Shown: positions 18,656 to 28,823, counted from the first letter of the stretch. The stretch: 64,000 nucleotides of DNA from Patescibacteria group bacterium (GCA_040384725.1 JAZKIS010000004.1:1256-65255); one strand, 5' to 3'. The notes: a model not told the origin generated them from the letters alone. Made by a program: numbers and translations.

Positions 18656-21043
18656 CTATTTGAGGTATTCGGCAGCTTCAAGCGGCGTGAGCGCATCTGC
18701 GTCCTGGCTCTCAGGTAGATAGATTCGTCGGAGACCTTTCTTAAGAAAGAGACCGGCCTTTGATTTGTAGAGCGTCAACGTCTTTCCGGTCTTAGGGTGC
18801 TTGCCGATCTCACGTACCAGGTCGACGCCCTTCGGCGGACGCTTCGGTTCGGCAAGGATCTCGATCGCGCGATCGAGCGTGACCGTGTACGGCTCATCCG
18901 CGCCCTTGAGCGAACGGAACTCGCCATCGTGCCCGATGTAGGGACCGAACCTGCCGACGTTCGCGATAACCGGCTTCCCAGTCCCAGGGTGGTTGCCCAG
19001 GTCGCGCGGAAGGGAAAGGAAGTGAAGTGCATCAGCAAGCGTCACTGAAGAGAGGTCCGTTCCTGGTGGGATGCTCGCGCGCTTCAATGCCTTCTTCGGA
19101 CGTCCGCGTACCTTCTTAGGCTTGCCTGCCTTTGTAAGCTCAACCGGAGCTTCGACCTCAGGAAGCTCCATCTCGACATACGGTCCGTATCGTCCGGTCT
19201 TCACGAATATAGGAGCACCTGTTACAGGATCCGTTCCGATAGGCTCGTCGCCCTTGAGCTCTAATCCGTCTTCCTGTCGTGCGCCTTCGCACTCCGGATA
19301 GCGCGTACAGCTCATGAACACGCCGCCGCGTCCGAGCTTGAACTCCATCGCAGCGCCGCACAAGGGGCACGGGAACTCTTCTGGTACTGGGCCGAGCGAG
19401 GTAGCTTTCGGAAGCTTGTCTTTCGACGCAACCGCCTTTGAGAATGGTCCGTAGAAGTCGGTAAGGGTCGCTTCGTATCCGCGCTCGCCGCGCGCGATCT
19501 CGTCGAGCTCGTCCTCCATCTCGGCGGTGAACGAGTCAGAGATGTATTCCGCGAAATGCTCCTCGAGCCATCCTGACACAACCATGCCGGTTGCCGTCGG
19601 TGTGAGGGTGCGTCCGGTCTTCTCGACGTAGCCGCGGTCCTGGATCGTCTTCATGATGCTCGCGTAGGTCGAAGGCCTGCCGATGCCGCGCTTCTCGAGC
19701 TCCTTAACGAGCCCTGCCTCGGTATAGCGGTTGGGCGGTTCGGTCTGCTTCTCGAGAGACCCGAGAGAGATAAGTGTAAGCGGTTCTCCTTCGCTGAGTT
19801 TCGGCAACTCAACGTCCTCGCCGCGTGCGCGCGTATCGCACGCGAGCCATCCGGGGAACACGACGCGCGATCCGTTTCCTGAGAAGAGCGGGATATCGGC
19901 ATCCGCCTTTGCCTTTACGCTCGTACGGAGCATCTGTGCAGGCTTCATCTGGCTCGCGAGCGCGCGAGTGCGGATCAGTGCGTAGAGATTCTGCTCGTCT
20001 CCGGTCGCGCCGGCTGTAACGCGCGTTGGATCGGTTGGGCGCACCGCTTCGTGCGCTTCCTGCGCGTTCTTGCTCTTGGTCTTATACACATGCATCTCGG
20101 CATAGTCTTTCCCGAATTCTTTCTCGACGGTCTGAACCAGGACGGCAATCGCGTCCTTTGAGAGATTCACGGAGTCCGTACGCATATAGGTTATGTGTCC
20201 AGCCTCGTAGAGCTTCTGTGCGGCACGCATCGCGCGGCTCGGGGAGAGACCGAGACGTGTCGAGCCTGCCTGCTGCAGGGTGGATGTCGTGAACGGAGGG
20301 CGTGGCTGGCGCTCTTCGGCGCGTTCCTTCACTTCAGCGACCGTCCAGGATGCCGTGCGACCGAGCGTAACGATACGCTCCGCTTCTTCAGCGGTCTTCG
20401 GTTCCTCGACGCAGCTCGCCGGGAACTCCGCCTTCGCCTGCTTGGTGTCAGCCTTGAATACTGCATCAAGCGTGAAGTAGGTCTCAGGAATGAACGCCTT
20501 GATCTCGCGCTCGCGCTCGGCAAGGATCCGGAGGGCAGGGGACTGCACGCGGCCTGCGGACAATCCGTACCGTACCTTTTTCCAGATGAGTCCCGAGAGG
20601 TCGTATCCTACGAGACGGTCGAGCACGCGCCGTGCTTCCTGTGCACGACGTAGATGTTCATCGATTGCACGCGGGTGCCGGAGTGCCTCTTCTACCGCTG
20701 CCTTGGTGATCTCATGGAAGACGACGCGCTGCGGCTTCTTGAGGCCCACCGCCTCCTTCACGTGCCAGGCGATCGCCTCGCCTTCGCGGTCCGGGTCAGT
20801 TGCGAGGAACACCTCGTCAGCGCGTGCTGCCGCTTTCTGTATCTTCTCGATAACCTCGCGCTTGTCAGGGGATATAACGTAGCGGGGAACGAAGCCGTCC
20901 TCGATGTCGACCGCGTCCTTATTGCTCTTCGGCAGGTCGCGGACGTGGCCTACGGACGCAAGCACCTCGTAGTCCTTTCCGAGGTACTGCTGGATGGTGC
21001 GCGCCTTCGCGGGCGACTCTACGATGAGAAGTCTCTTTGCCAT
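18656..21043 (-). CDS. topA: DNA topoisomerase I
   Basis: IVESPAKA, DPDREGE, SAGRVQS, ITYMRTDS, GIGRPSTY, GR(Y/F)GPY C-terminal repeats. Confidence 0.97.
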   Translation of the reverse strand: MAKRLLIVESPAKARTIQQYLGKDYEVLASVGHVRDLPKSNKDAVDIEDGFVPRYVISPDKREVIEKIQKAAARADEVFLATDPDREGEAIAWHVKEAVGLKKPQRVVFHEITKAAVEEALRHPRAIDEHLRRAQEARRVLDRLVGYDLSGLIWKKVRYGLSAGRVQSPALRILAEREREIKAFIPETYFTLDAVFKADTKQAKAEFPASCVEEPKTAEEAERIVTLGRTASWTVAEVKERAEERQPRPPFTTSTLQQAGSTRLGLSPSRAMRAAQKLYEAGHITYMRTDSVNLSKDAIAVLVQTVEKEFGKDYAEMHVYKTKSKNAQEAHEAVRPTDPTRVTAGATGDEQNLYALIRTRALASQMKPAQMLRTSVKAKADADIPLFSGNGSRVVFPGWLACDTRARGEDVELPKLSEGEPLTLISLGSLEKQTEPPNRYTEAGLVKELEKRGIGRPSTYASIMKTIQDRGYVEKTGRTLTPTATGMVVSGWLEEHFAEYISDSFTAEMEDELDEIARGERGYEATLTDFYGPFSKAVASKDKLPKATSLGPVPEEFPCPLCGAAMEFKLGRGGVFMSCTRYPECEGARQEDGLELKGDEPIGTDPVTGAPIFVKTGRYGPYVEMELPEVEAPVELTKAGKPKKVRGRPKKALKRASIPPGTDLSSVTLADALHFLSLPRDLGNHPGTGKPVIANVGRFGPYIGHDGEFRSLKGADEPYTVTLDRAIEILAEPKRPPKGVDLVREIGKHPKTGKTLTLYKSKAGLFLKKGLRRIYLPESQDADALTPLEAAEYLK

Positions 21044-21080
21044 GTGTATCTCAACACATACCGCGCATACCTATATATGG

Positions 21081-21899
21081 TCAAGCGCGGGGTATGCGTG
21101 AAACTCGTGCAGCAAGCTCTACGAAAACAGGATTATGATCGGAACCATAGCGCTCATACACCACAGAAGCGGCTGCAATCTCGAGGGATTCAGACACTAG
21201 TATGTGGTCAAGCTGGCATCGAGTAGTTTGGTGCGTGCAGAGGCCTCTCAAGGGGTTCTGCAGACCTATATGGGCGAAGAACCGCTCAGCCCATATACGT
21301 TCCCTCCATGGCATCAGCGTATCAAGGACGGTCGCTCCGAAGAACCATGCAGGAAGCGCTACGCGATACGTATCAAAGATATTAAAGTCGCCAGCCATGA
21401 TGGCGGGCCTGGTCTGATCGTACTTCGCGCGTACCGAATCAAGCTCAATCCGTCGAGCAGCTGGACTATGGATGGTGAGGTGGAGCGAGTAAACCTGGGT
21501 AGGTCCGATGTCGGGAATATCGATCCAGGCGAGGAGGTGGCGCCTGTTTCCGGTACTCCTGGTCCAGCGCCAGATGCGAAGGAAGCGTAACAGGTTCGTT
21601 GCAATGCGCTCGCGTAGAATTGGACGCAGGAACCAGTTCGGTACTTCGATCTCTTCGTGCGATTCGATCGGATAGCGGGACAGGATAACGGACAAGGTCT
21701 GGTGGGGTGCTCCGTCTTTCCGCGCATAGGTATATTCGACCGCGCTTGCCAGCTCATACGGCAAGCTTCGCAATTGCGCCATAAACTCTCCGGGCACTTC
21801 CTGAAGGCAAAGGATGTCGAAATCCAAAGCGCGCAAGAACGCGAACGCTTCGTCGAGACGCTTGTTCTCAAAAAGAATGTTCCAGGAATAGATCCTCAT
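21081..21899 (-). CDS. Endonuclease/exonuclease/phosphatase family protein
   Basis: SWNI, DILCLQEV, MAGDFN, LDHIL, SDHNPV. Confidence 0.88.
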   Translation of the reverse strand: MRIYSWNILFENKRLDEAFAFLRALDFDILCLQEVPGEFMAQLRSLPYELASAVEYTYARKDGAPHQTLSVILSRYPIESHEEIEVPNWFLRPILRERIATNLLRFLRIWRWTRSTGNRRHLLAWIDIPDIGPTQVYSLHLTIHSPAARRIELDSVRAKYDQTRPAIMAGDFNIFDTYRVALPAWFFGATVLDTLMPWRERIWAERFFAHIGLQNPLRGLCTHQTTRCQLDHILVSESLEIAAASVVYERYGSDHNPVFVELAARVSRIPRA

Positions 21900-22579
21900 A
21901 CCCCTCCTGTTAAAGGATCAAAACCGAGCGTCTCAAGGATATCTTCGGAACTCGTTATGAGTTCCGCGCCAAGCCTGATGAACATATGCGGCCCTTCGCT
22001 GTTGGTGTCGTCGATGCGGTGCGGTACGCACATGAGGTCGCGACTGTACTCGCTCGCAAGGCGCGCGGTTATGAGCGTTCCGGAGCGCTCTCCTGCTTCG
22101 ATAACCAGGACCGCATCAGCCATGCCAACCATGATGCGATTCCTTGAAGGGAAGTACTGCGGGCGCGCGGTCGTGTCTGGCTCGTGTTCCGAGAGGAGCG
22201 CGCCGCCCGCGAGCAGGATCTCCTTCGCGAGTCCGAGATTTGTCTGCGGCGCTATGGCCTTGTCACTGAGTCCGGACCCTGGAATAGCGATGGTATGGAG
22301 TCCCGCGGCTAGCGCTGCACGATGCGCACAAGCATCAGTGCCTAACGCGAGTCCTGAGACTATTGCTATAGGGTACCCTGAGAGGCCCTGGATAAGTTTC
22401 TCGCATGCCGCTTCGCCGTACGGGGTGAGGGCACGCGAGCCGACTACCACGAGCTTCTTCGTATCCTTCGGTGGGAGCGTTCCGCGCAGCCATAGCGCTT
22501 GTGGAGGCTGCGGTATCTCATTGAGTGCGCCGATACCCTCACTCGCGTATGCGCCCTGCACGATAGTGCGGATATCCAT
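21896..22579 (-). CDS. dprA: DNA-processing protein DprA
   Basis: VVGSR, IVSGLALGTD, FPSRNRI, SGTLITA; start at MDIRTIV. Confidence 0.92.
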   Translation of the reverse strand: MDIRTIVQGAYASEGIGALNEIPQPPQALWLRGTLPPKDTKKLVVVGSRALTPYGEAACEKLIQGLSGYPIAIVSGLALGTDACAHRAALAAGLHTIAIPGSGLSDKAIAPQTNLGLAKEILLAGGALLSEHEPDTTARPQYFPSRNRIMVGMADAVLVIEAGERSGTLITARLASEYSRDLMCVPHRIDDTNSEGPHMFIRLGAELITSSEDILETLGFDPLTGGV

Positions 22580-22649
22580 ATATATAAGTATGCGGCATGC
22601 GTGCAAAGGGAAAGGGGTCGTGACGGTATAACCGGCACGACCCCTTCGA

Positions 22650-22820
22650 TCATCGCCCGTCGCGTGGGAACACGCTCCGTCCGGCAGACTGGCGCTGATA
22701 GTCAAGAATTCTCCCTTTCTCTTCGGGAGACAGCGCCCGAAAGCTCGCTGCTGCTTGACTCAAGACCTGATCGAACTCAGGATCCTGGTTCCGCGAAAGC
22801 ATCATTCTCCTGCGTGGCAT
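22650..22820 (-). CDS. Small protein, 56 aa (not in ORF track)
   Basis: MPRRRMMLSRNQDPEFDQVLSQAAASFRALSPEEKGRILDYQRQSAGRSVFPRDGR; purine-rich SD; terminator hairpin about 22612-22646. Confidence 0.6.
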   Translation of the reverse strand: MPRRRMMLSRNQDPEFDQVLSQAAASFRALSPEEKGRILDYQRQSAGRSVFPRDGR

Positions 22821-22907
22821 CGAGTACCCTTTCCTCTCCCAACGTCTAAGTCAAAGATACCATGCCATCCCTTTTCGGTAGGGGGATACTGCCGTATAGT
22901 GCTAGGA

Positions 22908-24176
22908 ATGCTCGATATCCATTTCATCCGGGAGAACGCGGACGTGATTAAGATGGGTGCTGCTAAGAAGCACATCGCTATTGATATCGACCGTCTCCTT
23001 GCGGTTGACGACGAGCGTAAGTCGCTCCGCCAGCAACTCGACAGCAAGCGTGCGGAACAGAATCACGCGAGTCGCACTATCGCGCTCTCAAGCGGCGAAG
23101 AGAAAGAGAAGCTACTCGAGGCGATGCGCTTCGTAAAGGAAGGGATGCAGGAACTTGATGAGAAGCATAAGGCCGTGATGGAGGAGTGGCAGAAGCTCAT
23201 GCTCATGGTTCCGAACATTCCGGACATGACCGTGCCGGAAGGAGAGAGCGATGCGGATAACCAGGAAGTGAAGAAATGGGGAGAACCGAAGGAATTCTCC
23301 TTCGCGCCCAAAGATCATGTTGAGCTCATGACGAAGGCCGGCATGGCTGATTTCGAACGCGGTACGAAAGTCGCGGGATTCCGCGGATACTTCCTAAAAG
23401 GAGACGGCGTGCTTCTTTCGAACGCTGTCTGGCAGCTCGCGCTGAAGCACTTCGCCGCGAAAGGTCTCGAGCCGATGATCGTGCCGTCCTTGGTGCGTCG
23501 CGAAGCGTTCATGGGAACCGGGTACCTGCCGCAGGGGGAGGAGGATCTGTATAAGACGCAGGATGGCGAGTTCCTCGCAGGCACCGCAGAGGTCGCGACG
23601 ATGGGGTACTACATGGATGAGACCCTCGATAAGAACATACTTCCGGCGAAGTTCCTTTCCTTCTCGCCCTGCTTCAGGCGCGAGGCGGGCGCGCACGGGA
23701 AGGATGTCCGCGGTCTCATACGCGTGCACGAGTTCTATAAGTGGGAGCAGGTCGTGCTGTGCGAAGCCTCGCACGAGGAATCCGTGAAGATGCACGAATG
23801 GCTGAACCGCAACACCGAGGAGTTCATCGAGCTTCTCAACATCCCGTATCACACCGTGGTCAACTGCGGAGGAGACCTCGGACTCGGCCAGGTGAAGAAG
23901 TACGACATCGAGCTCTGGGTGCCGGGCGAAGGGAAGTACCGCGAGATCAGCTCCGCTTCCTATTTCCATGATTTCCAGACACGGCGCCTCAACATCCGCT
24001 ATCGCGCGGAAGACGGCACGATGAAGTTCCCGCACTCCTTGAACTCGACCGCAATCCCGACGCCGCGTATCCTCGTCTCTATCATTGAGAACTATCAGCA
24101 GGAAGACGGAACGATCCGTGTTCCTGAAGCACTCGTCCCGTATGTCGGCAAAGAAATCCTGGGACATCGCGCCTAA
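22908..24176 (+). CDS. serS: Serine--tRNA ligase
   Basis: MLDIHFIREN, FLAGTAEV, CFRREAG, GLIRVHEF, EISSAS. Confidence 0.97.
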   Translation: MLDIHFIRENADVIKMGAAKKHIAIDIDRLLAVDDERKSLRQQLDSKRAEQNHASRTIALSSGEEKEKLLEAMRFVKEGMQELDEKHKAVMEEWQKLMLMVPNIPDMTVPEGESDADNQEVKKWGEPKEFSFAPKDHVELMTKAGMADFERGTKVAGFRGYFLKGDGVLLSNAVWQLALKHFAAKGLEPMIVPSLVRREAFMGTGYLPQGEEDLYKTQDGEFLAGTAEVATMGYYMDETLDKNILPAKFLSFSPCFRREAGAHGKDVRGLIRVHEFYKWEQVVLCEASHEESVKMHEWLNRNTEEFIELLNIPYHTVVNCGGDLGLGQVKKYDIELWVPGEGKYREISSASYFHDFQTRRLNIRYRAEDGTMKFPHSLNSTAIPTPRILVSIIENYQQEDGTIRVPEALVPYVGKEILGHRA

Positions 24177-25149
24177 GGCGCGCGCAAGGCAACCGGAACC
24201 CGCGAAGACACAATCTTCGCGGCCGGCGCGTTCTATGGATATGCACGCGCGTCCGCGCGTAGCTGTTCCCGTCCAGGCATCGGTACCGGTATCGAAAAGG
24301 AACGTGGCGATTCCGCGGGCAAAGAAGCAGCGCGCTGAATCGCGCGAGCCCTTGAAGAAGCGTCGTAAGAAGACTCAGAAAGCGTTCTTCATTGTCGTAG
24401 GAGTACTGATCCTGATCCTTATTGCAGCGTTCTTCTATATCGCCTGGCTCCCTGCGTTCCGTATTGCGAGCGTAACGGCTACGGGTCCGCATGCCGAAGA
24501 GGCAAAACAGCTTGCGCAGCGCACGCTCGAGGGAACGCATGCATTCGTGCTGCCGCGCAATTCGCTGTTCTTTATCCCGGAGAACGACGTGCGTGCACGT
24601 ATCCTTGCCGAGTATCCCGATGTCGAGGCGGTATCGATTTCAGCTTCGGGCCTTACGCAGCTTTCCATAACAACCTTGCCACGCGCAGAAGCATTCGTAT
24701 GGTGCGGCGCATCTCCTGAGCTTGCTGAGAGTCAGTGCTACAGCGCGAACGCAGAAGGGCTGATCTTCGCGCCGGTTCCGCTTGAGGTTTCTTCTACTTC
24801 CGAAGCGCTCCGCATATTCTCAGCCGTAGAAGGCAGGGGGGGCGCAACTCCTGTTACTGCGCGCATTAGCTACGCGTCTCGCATACCGGAAGCGCTCCGG
24901 TTCATCAAGGCCATACAGACGCTCGGGGCGGATGTCGTATCGGTCTCCTTCCGTGCGGACGAGGCGGATCTCTATACCGAGGCTGGGACCCGCATCACCT
25001 ACGTCCTCGGGCGCGAACAAGAGGCGGCGGGTATCGCAGCGAGCGTGTTCCCGCAGCTTTCTTTGAATGATGGCTCAGTTTCCTACGTTGATCTACGGTT
25101 CTCCGGGAAAGCCTATTTCAAGAGAGCGAACGAGGCGCCGAGCGAGTAG
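24142..25149 (+). CDS. FtsQ/DivIB-like cell division protein
   Basis: Basic N-terminus, single TM, POTRA-like region, C-terminal YVDLRF; overlaps serS by 35 nt. Confidence 0.7.
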   Translation: MSAKKSWDIAPKARARQPEPAKTQSSRPARSMDMHARPRVAVPVQASVPVSKRNVAIPRAKKQRAESREPLKKRRKKTQKAFFIVVGVLILILIAAFFYIAWLPAFRIASVTATGPHAEEAKQLAQRTLEGTHAFVLPRNSLFFIPENDVRARILAEYPDVEAVSISASGLTQLSITTLPRAEAFVWCGASPELAESQCYSANAEGLIFAPVPLEVSSTSEALRIFSAVEGRGGATPVTARISYASRIPEALRFIKAIQTLGADVVSVSFRADEADLYTEAGTRITYVLGREQEAAGIAASVFPQLSLNDGSVSYVDLRFSGKAYFKRANEAPSE

Positions 25150-25191
25150 TACAAAAAATGCCGGCGCAGAGGGGTGAGTCTCATGCGCCGG

Positions 25192-25656
25192 TTAGGCTGC
25201 CTTCTTCTGGTCGGGAACGAGTCCGTGCTTCTGAATGAGCCTGCGGTGCAGTCCCATGAAGTTTTTCATACGTCGGTACGTGCTGAGGGAAATCACGGTG
25301 ACTTCCTCATCGCGATCGATCGAGTACAGCTCGGTATCGTCCGTCACCTCAGCATCCGCAGCGAAGAGATAGAGTTCGTAGTAGTGCTTCTGTCTCTTTC
25401 GCTGGCCTTTCCGTTGCTTCATGGCGATGCGCGGGATATGGTCGAGTTCCGTCAGGGAATCCTCCAGGATGCGTACCCTGGTCTCTTCCCGGAGCTCGCG
25501 ACGCGCGGTTTCTATTTGGGAAAGCTCGAATGGCTCTCGCTTGCCTCCTGGCAGATGCCAGGGTCCCCACGTCCCGTCCTTCTTTCGCTTGCGCACCGCG
25601 AGAATGCCTCGCATGCCACGCACGAAGACGACGACAGACCAGTCGAATGTCAGCAT
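25192..25656 (-). CDS. NUDIX hydrolase
   Basis: WHLPGGKREPFE..TARRELREET Nudix box; GAGGAG SD; TCGACA-17-TAAAGT promoter. Confidence 0.82.
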   Translation of the reverse strand: MLTFDWSVVVFVRGMRGILAVRKRKKDGTWGPWHLPGGKREPFELSQIETARRELREETRVRILEDSLTELDHIPRIAMKQRKGQRKRQKHYYELYLFAADAEVTDDTELYSIDRDEEVTVISLSTYRRMKNFMGLHRRLIQKHGLVPDQKKAA

Positions 25657-25762
25657 CGCCTTCTCCTCTGGCTGCCGGCGTTCCTGTTTGGAACTTCTAG
25701 CGAAACTTTACTGCAGGCAATCTATATTGTCGAATAAAGCATGGAACGGTAGGATAGCGCGT

Positions 25763-26737
25763 ATGGAATCGTTCTGGACCGGGCTCTCGAAGCCCTTTTT
25801 TGTACTCGCGCCTATGGCGGACGTGACGGACGCTGCGTACCGGAAACTCATAGCAGCTAAAGGGAAGCCGCACGTAACCTGGACGGAGTTCGTCTCTGCC
25901 GACGGCTTGTACTACACCCGCGAGAAGAAGGACATCCCGGACCATGAGAACCCGCTCATGCGGGATCTCCAGTTCACGGACGCCGAGCGCCCTATCGTCG
26001 CGCAGCTCTTCTCCTCGAACCCGGAGACCATGCGCTACGCGGCCAAGCTCTGCAAAGAGCTCGGATTCGACGGCATCGATATAAACATGGGATGCCCTGA
26101 CAAATCCATCGAGAAGCAGGGGTGCGGCGCAGCCATGATAAAGAATCCCGAGAAGGCCAGAGAGATTATCGCTGCCGCGCGCGAAGCGGGACTTCCAGTC
26201 TCCGTGAAGACGCGTATCGGCTACAACACTGAGAATATCGACGAATGGATCGCGATGCTTCTCGGAGAGAATCTCCCTGCGCTCACGGTCCATCTTCGTA
26301 CGCGCAAAGAGATGTCGAACGTTCCGGCGCACTGGGATCTCATGCCTCGCATCGTTGCGCTTCGCGATAGCATTGCGCCTCAGACTCGCCTCATCGGAAA
26401 CGGCGACGTCGTGGACCTCAAGGACGCCGAGAAGAAGGTACGTACGAGCGGCTGCGACGCGGCGATGATCGGGCGCGGCATCTTCGGGAATCCGTGGGTG
26501 TTCGCGGGGCGCGCACTTGAGGATACGACACCCGCTGAGCGGCTCGAGGCTCTCATCGAGTTCGCGCGTGCGTTCGAAGCCATGAAGCCAGCCAAGTCCT
26601 TCCATTTGGTGCGTAAGCACGTAAAGGCGTTCGCCACGGGCTTCGAGGGAGCCGCTGAGCTCCGTGCGAAGCTTATGGACACCTCCTCCGCTTCCGCTAT
26701 GGAGGGCGTGCTCCGCGAGCATGCACTCCTGGTATAA
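25763..26737 (+). CDS. dus: tRNA-dihydrouridine synthase
   Basis: LAPMADVTD, IDINMGCP, SVKTRIG, GNGDV, MIGRG. Confidence 0.92.
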   Translation: MESFWTGLSKPFFVLAPMADVTDAAYRKLIAAKGKPHVTWTEFVSADGLYYTREKKDIPDHENPLMRDLQFTDAERPIVAQLFSSNPETMRYAAKLCKELGFDGIDINMGCPDKSIEKQGCGAAMIKNPEKAREIIAAAREAGLPVSVKTRIGYNTENIDEWIAMLLGENLPALTVHLRTRKEMSNVPAHWDLMPRIVALRDSIAPQTRLIGNGDVVDLKDAEKKVRTSGCDAAMIGRGIFGNPWVFAGRALEDTTPAERLEALIEFARAFEAMKPAKSFHLVRKHVKAFATGFEGAAELRAKLMDTSSASAMEGVLREHALLV

Positions 26738-26745
26738 TCGGTCTC

Positions 26746-27777
26746 ATGGCACATCAGTCTCTGTATCGCGCATATCGCCCCTCTACCTTCAAGGACGTCA
26801 TCGGCCAAGACCAGGTGGTGACACCACTCGAGGATCAGATTAGAAGCGGGAAGGTAGGACACGCATATCTCTTCGCAGGCTCTCGAGGTCTCGGCAAGAC
26901 TTCTATCGCGCGCATATTCGCGCGGGCGCTCAAGACTGACGAACGGGATATCGTCGAGCTCGATGCGGCGTCGAACAACGGCGTCGACGAAGTACGGGCA
27001 CTGAACGAGAGCGTGCACACGCTCCCGTATAACTCAGAGCGGAAGGTCTACATCCTTGACGAGGCGCACATGCTCTCGAAGAGCGCCTGGAATGCTTTTC
27101 TGAAGACGCTTGAGGAGCCTCCTCCACATGTGGTTATTATCCTTGCGACCACCGAGCTCGAGAAGGTGCCGGAAACCGTCCGCTCCCGCTGCCAGGTATT
27201 CCAGTTCAAGAAGCCGACGCGCACAGGACTCGCGAAGCTCGTACTCGATGTTGCCAAGAAGGAAGGCTACGTGATCGAGCTTGCCGCAGCTGACCTTATC
27301 GGCATGCTCGGTGACGGCTCGTATCGCGACGCGCTCTCCGTGCTCGAGAAGGCGCTCGCATCAAGCTCGGACAAGAAGCTCACGCGCGAGGACGCGGAGA
27401 AAGCGACGGGAGCACCGCGTCATGCGCTCGTACACGGACTCGTGTCTGCGCTTTCAGAAGGGAATGAAGCGAATGCGCTTAGCCTGATCCGCACGGTCTC
27501 AGAGCAGGGCATCGATATGCCGCTCTATCTAGCCCTCGTGCTCGAGTACATACGGCAGGTTCTCCTCCTTCGCCACGCGCCAGAGCTCGTTAAAGAGATT
27601 CAGGAAGAGCTTGGCGAGGATACGTATGCCGAAGCCTCAGGTCTCGCGTCAGCAAAGGAGTCGCGGCTCTCACACGAGACGCTCCGTACGTTCCTTGATG
27701 CGGCAAGCCGTATGCGTTTCTCGCCGGTGCCGTCGCTTCCTCTTGAGCTCGCTGTCCTTGAGCTCGCGCGCGCATAA
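26746..27777 (+). CDS. dnaX: DNA polymerase III subunit gamma/tau (short, no zinc module)
   Basis: LYRAYRP, GSRGLGKT, ELDAASNNGVD, ILDEAHMLS, SRC. Confidence 0.95.
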   Translation: MAHQSLYRAYRPSTFKDVIGQDQVVTPLEDQIRSGKVGHAYLFAGSRGLGKTSIARIFARALKTDERDIVELDAASNNGVDEVRALNESVHTLPYNSERKVYILDEAHMLSKSAWNAFLKTLEEPPPHVVIILATTELEKVPETVRSRCQVFQFKKPTRTGLAKLVLDVAKKEGYVIELAAADLIGMLGDGSYRDALSVLEKALASSSDKKLTREDAEKATGAPRHALVHGLVSALSEGNEANALSLIRTVSEQGIDMPLYLALVLEYIRQVLLLRHAPELVKEIQEELGEDTYAEASGLASAKESRLSHETLRTFLDAASRMRFSPVPSLPLELAVLELARA

Positions 27778-28694
27778 TGCTGAAGAACCTAAAACCCGTC
27801 TTCGCCTATCTCCTGCCGGTCCTTGTGGTTGGGCTCGTTGCTCAGGCAGCACTTAAGACGGACGATCTTTCAACCCTCAATCCGTTCTATAAGCCGTGCG
27901 CAGAACCGCTCGCGTACGCCACAGAGAGGTATGACGAGCGCTTCGGCGTCTCTGAAGAAGAGTTCGCTGCAGCCGTAACGGAGGCAGCGGCGCTCTGGAA
28001 CGATGCGGCGGGAACCGAGGTTCTTGCGGTTAGTAGCGAGCCTTCTATAACGGTCGGCATGCTCTATGACGAGCGCCAACGTGCGGTTGAGCTCGGCGAG
28101 ACCATTGGCGGAGAGCAGAGCGCGTATGATTCCATGAAAAGGGAGGTTGAGAAGCTGAACGATAGGTTCGTCTCGCTCCGCACGTCGCATGAAGCGAAGA
28201 CTGCTTCCTTTGAACGGGACGTACGCAAATACGAAGAGGACGTTCAGATGTGGAATGCGCGGGGAGGTGCGCCGCCTGCAGTCTATGAGGAGCTCGAAGC
28301 GAAGAAGCGGGAGCTCGAGCGACGGAAGAAGACGCTCGATGCGGAGGTGGCAACGCTTAATAGCCTTATCGTTTCCATCCAGGAACGTGTCACCGAGCTA
28401 AACCTGCTTGCAAAGCAGACGAACGAGAAGGTGAATACGTATAACAAGACCCTCGGTCACGATTTCGATCAGGGAAACTACGTGGAAGATGAGGCAGGAA
28501 GACGTATAACTATCTTCACGTTCCAGGATCGTTCAGAGCTGAAGCGCGTACTTGCGCATGAGTTCGGGCATGCGCTCGGTATCGGGCACCTAACCGATGC
28601 GGGCGCCATTATGTATTCCTACAACATCGGGAATGAGCTGATCCTCACCCTAGGCGACGTAGCGGCGTTAAAAGAAGTCTGCAAGCTTAAGTAG
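27777..28694 (+). CDS. Matrixin-family metalloprotease with coiled-coil insert
   Basis: HEFGHALGIGH plus AIMY Met-turn; N-terminal TM. Confidence 0.85.
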   Translation: MLKNLKPVFAYLLPVLVVGLVAQAALKTDDLSTLNPFYKPCAEPLAYATERYDERFGVSEEEFAAAVTEAAALWNDAAGTEVLAVSSEPSITVGMLYDERQRAVELGETIGGEQSAYDSMKREVEKLNDRFVSLRTSHEAKTASFERDVRKYEEDVQMWNARGGAPPAVYEELEAKKRELERRKKTLDAEVATLNSLIVSIQERVTELNLLAKQTNEKVNTYNKTLGHDFDQGNYVEDEAGRRITIFTFQDRSELKRVLAHEFGHALGIGHLTDAGAIMYSYNIGNELILTLGDVAALKEVCKLK

Positions 28695-28739
28695 CTTGCA
28701 GCGGAGGTGTTTTGCAGGCAGGATTAACCGTGTGCGCAT

Positions 28740-28810
28740 TGGGAGATCGTCTAATGGTAGGACAGCGGCCTTTGAAGCCGTGAATCTAGGTTCGATCCCT
28801 AGTCTCCCAG
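28740..28810 (+). tRNA. tRNA-Gln(TTG)
   Basis: TGGGAGA..GCGGC-CTTTGAA-GCCGT..GGTTCGATCCC..TCTCCCA. Confidence 0.94.
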
Positions 28811-28823
28811 CTATACTGAATAT

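Noticed and set aside
22580-22907. Track extensions of dprA (to 22705) and serS (from 22755)
   Set aside because: Homology begins at MDIRTIV and MLDIHFIREN; the gap holds a separate small ORF and terminator.
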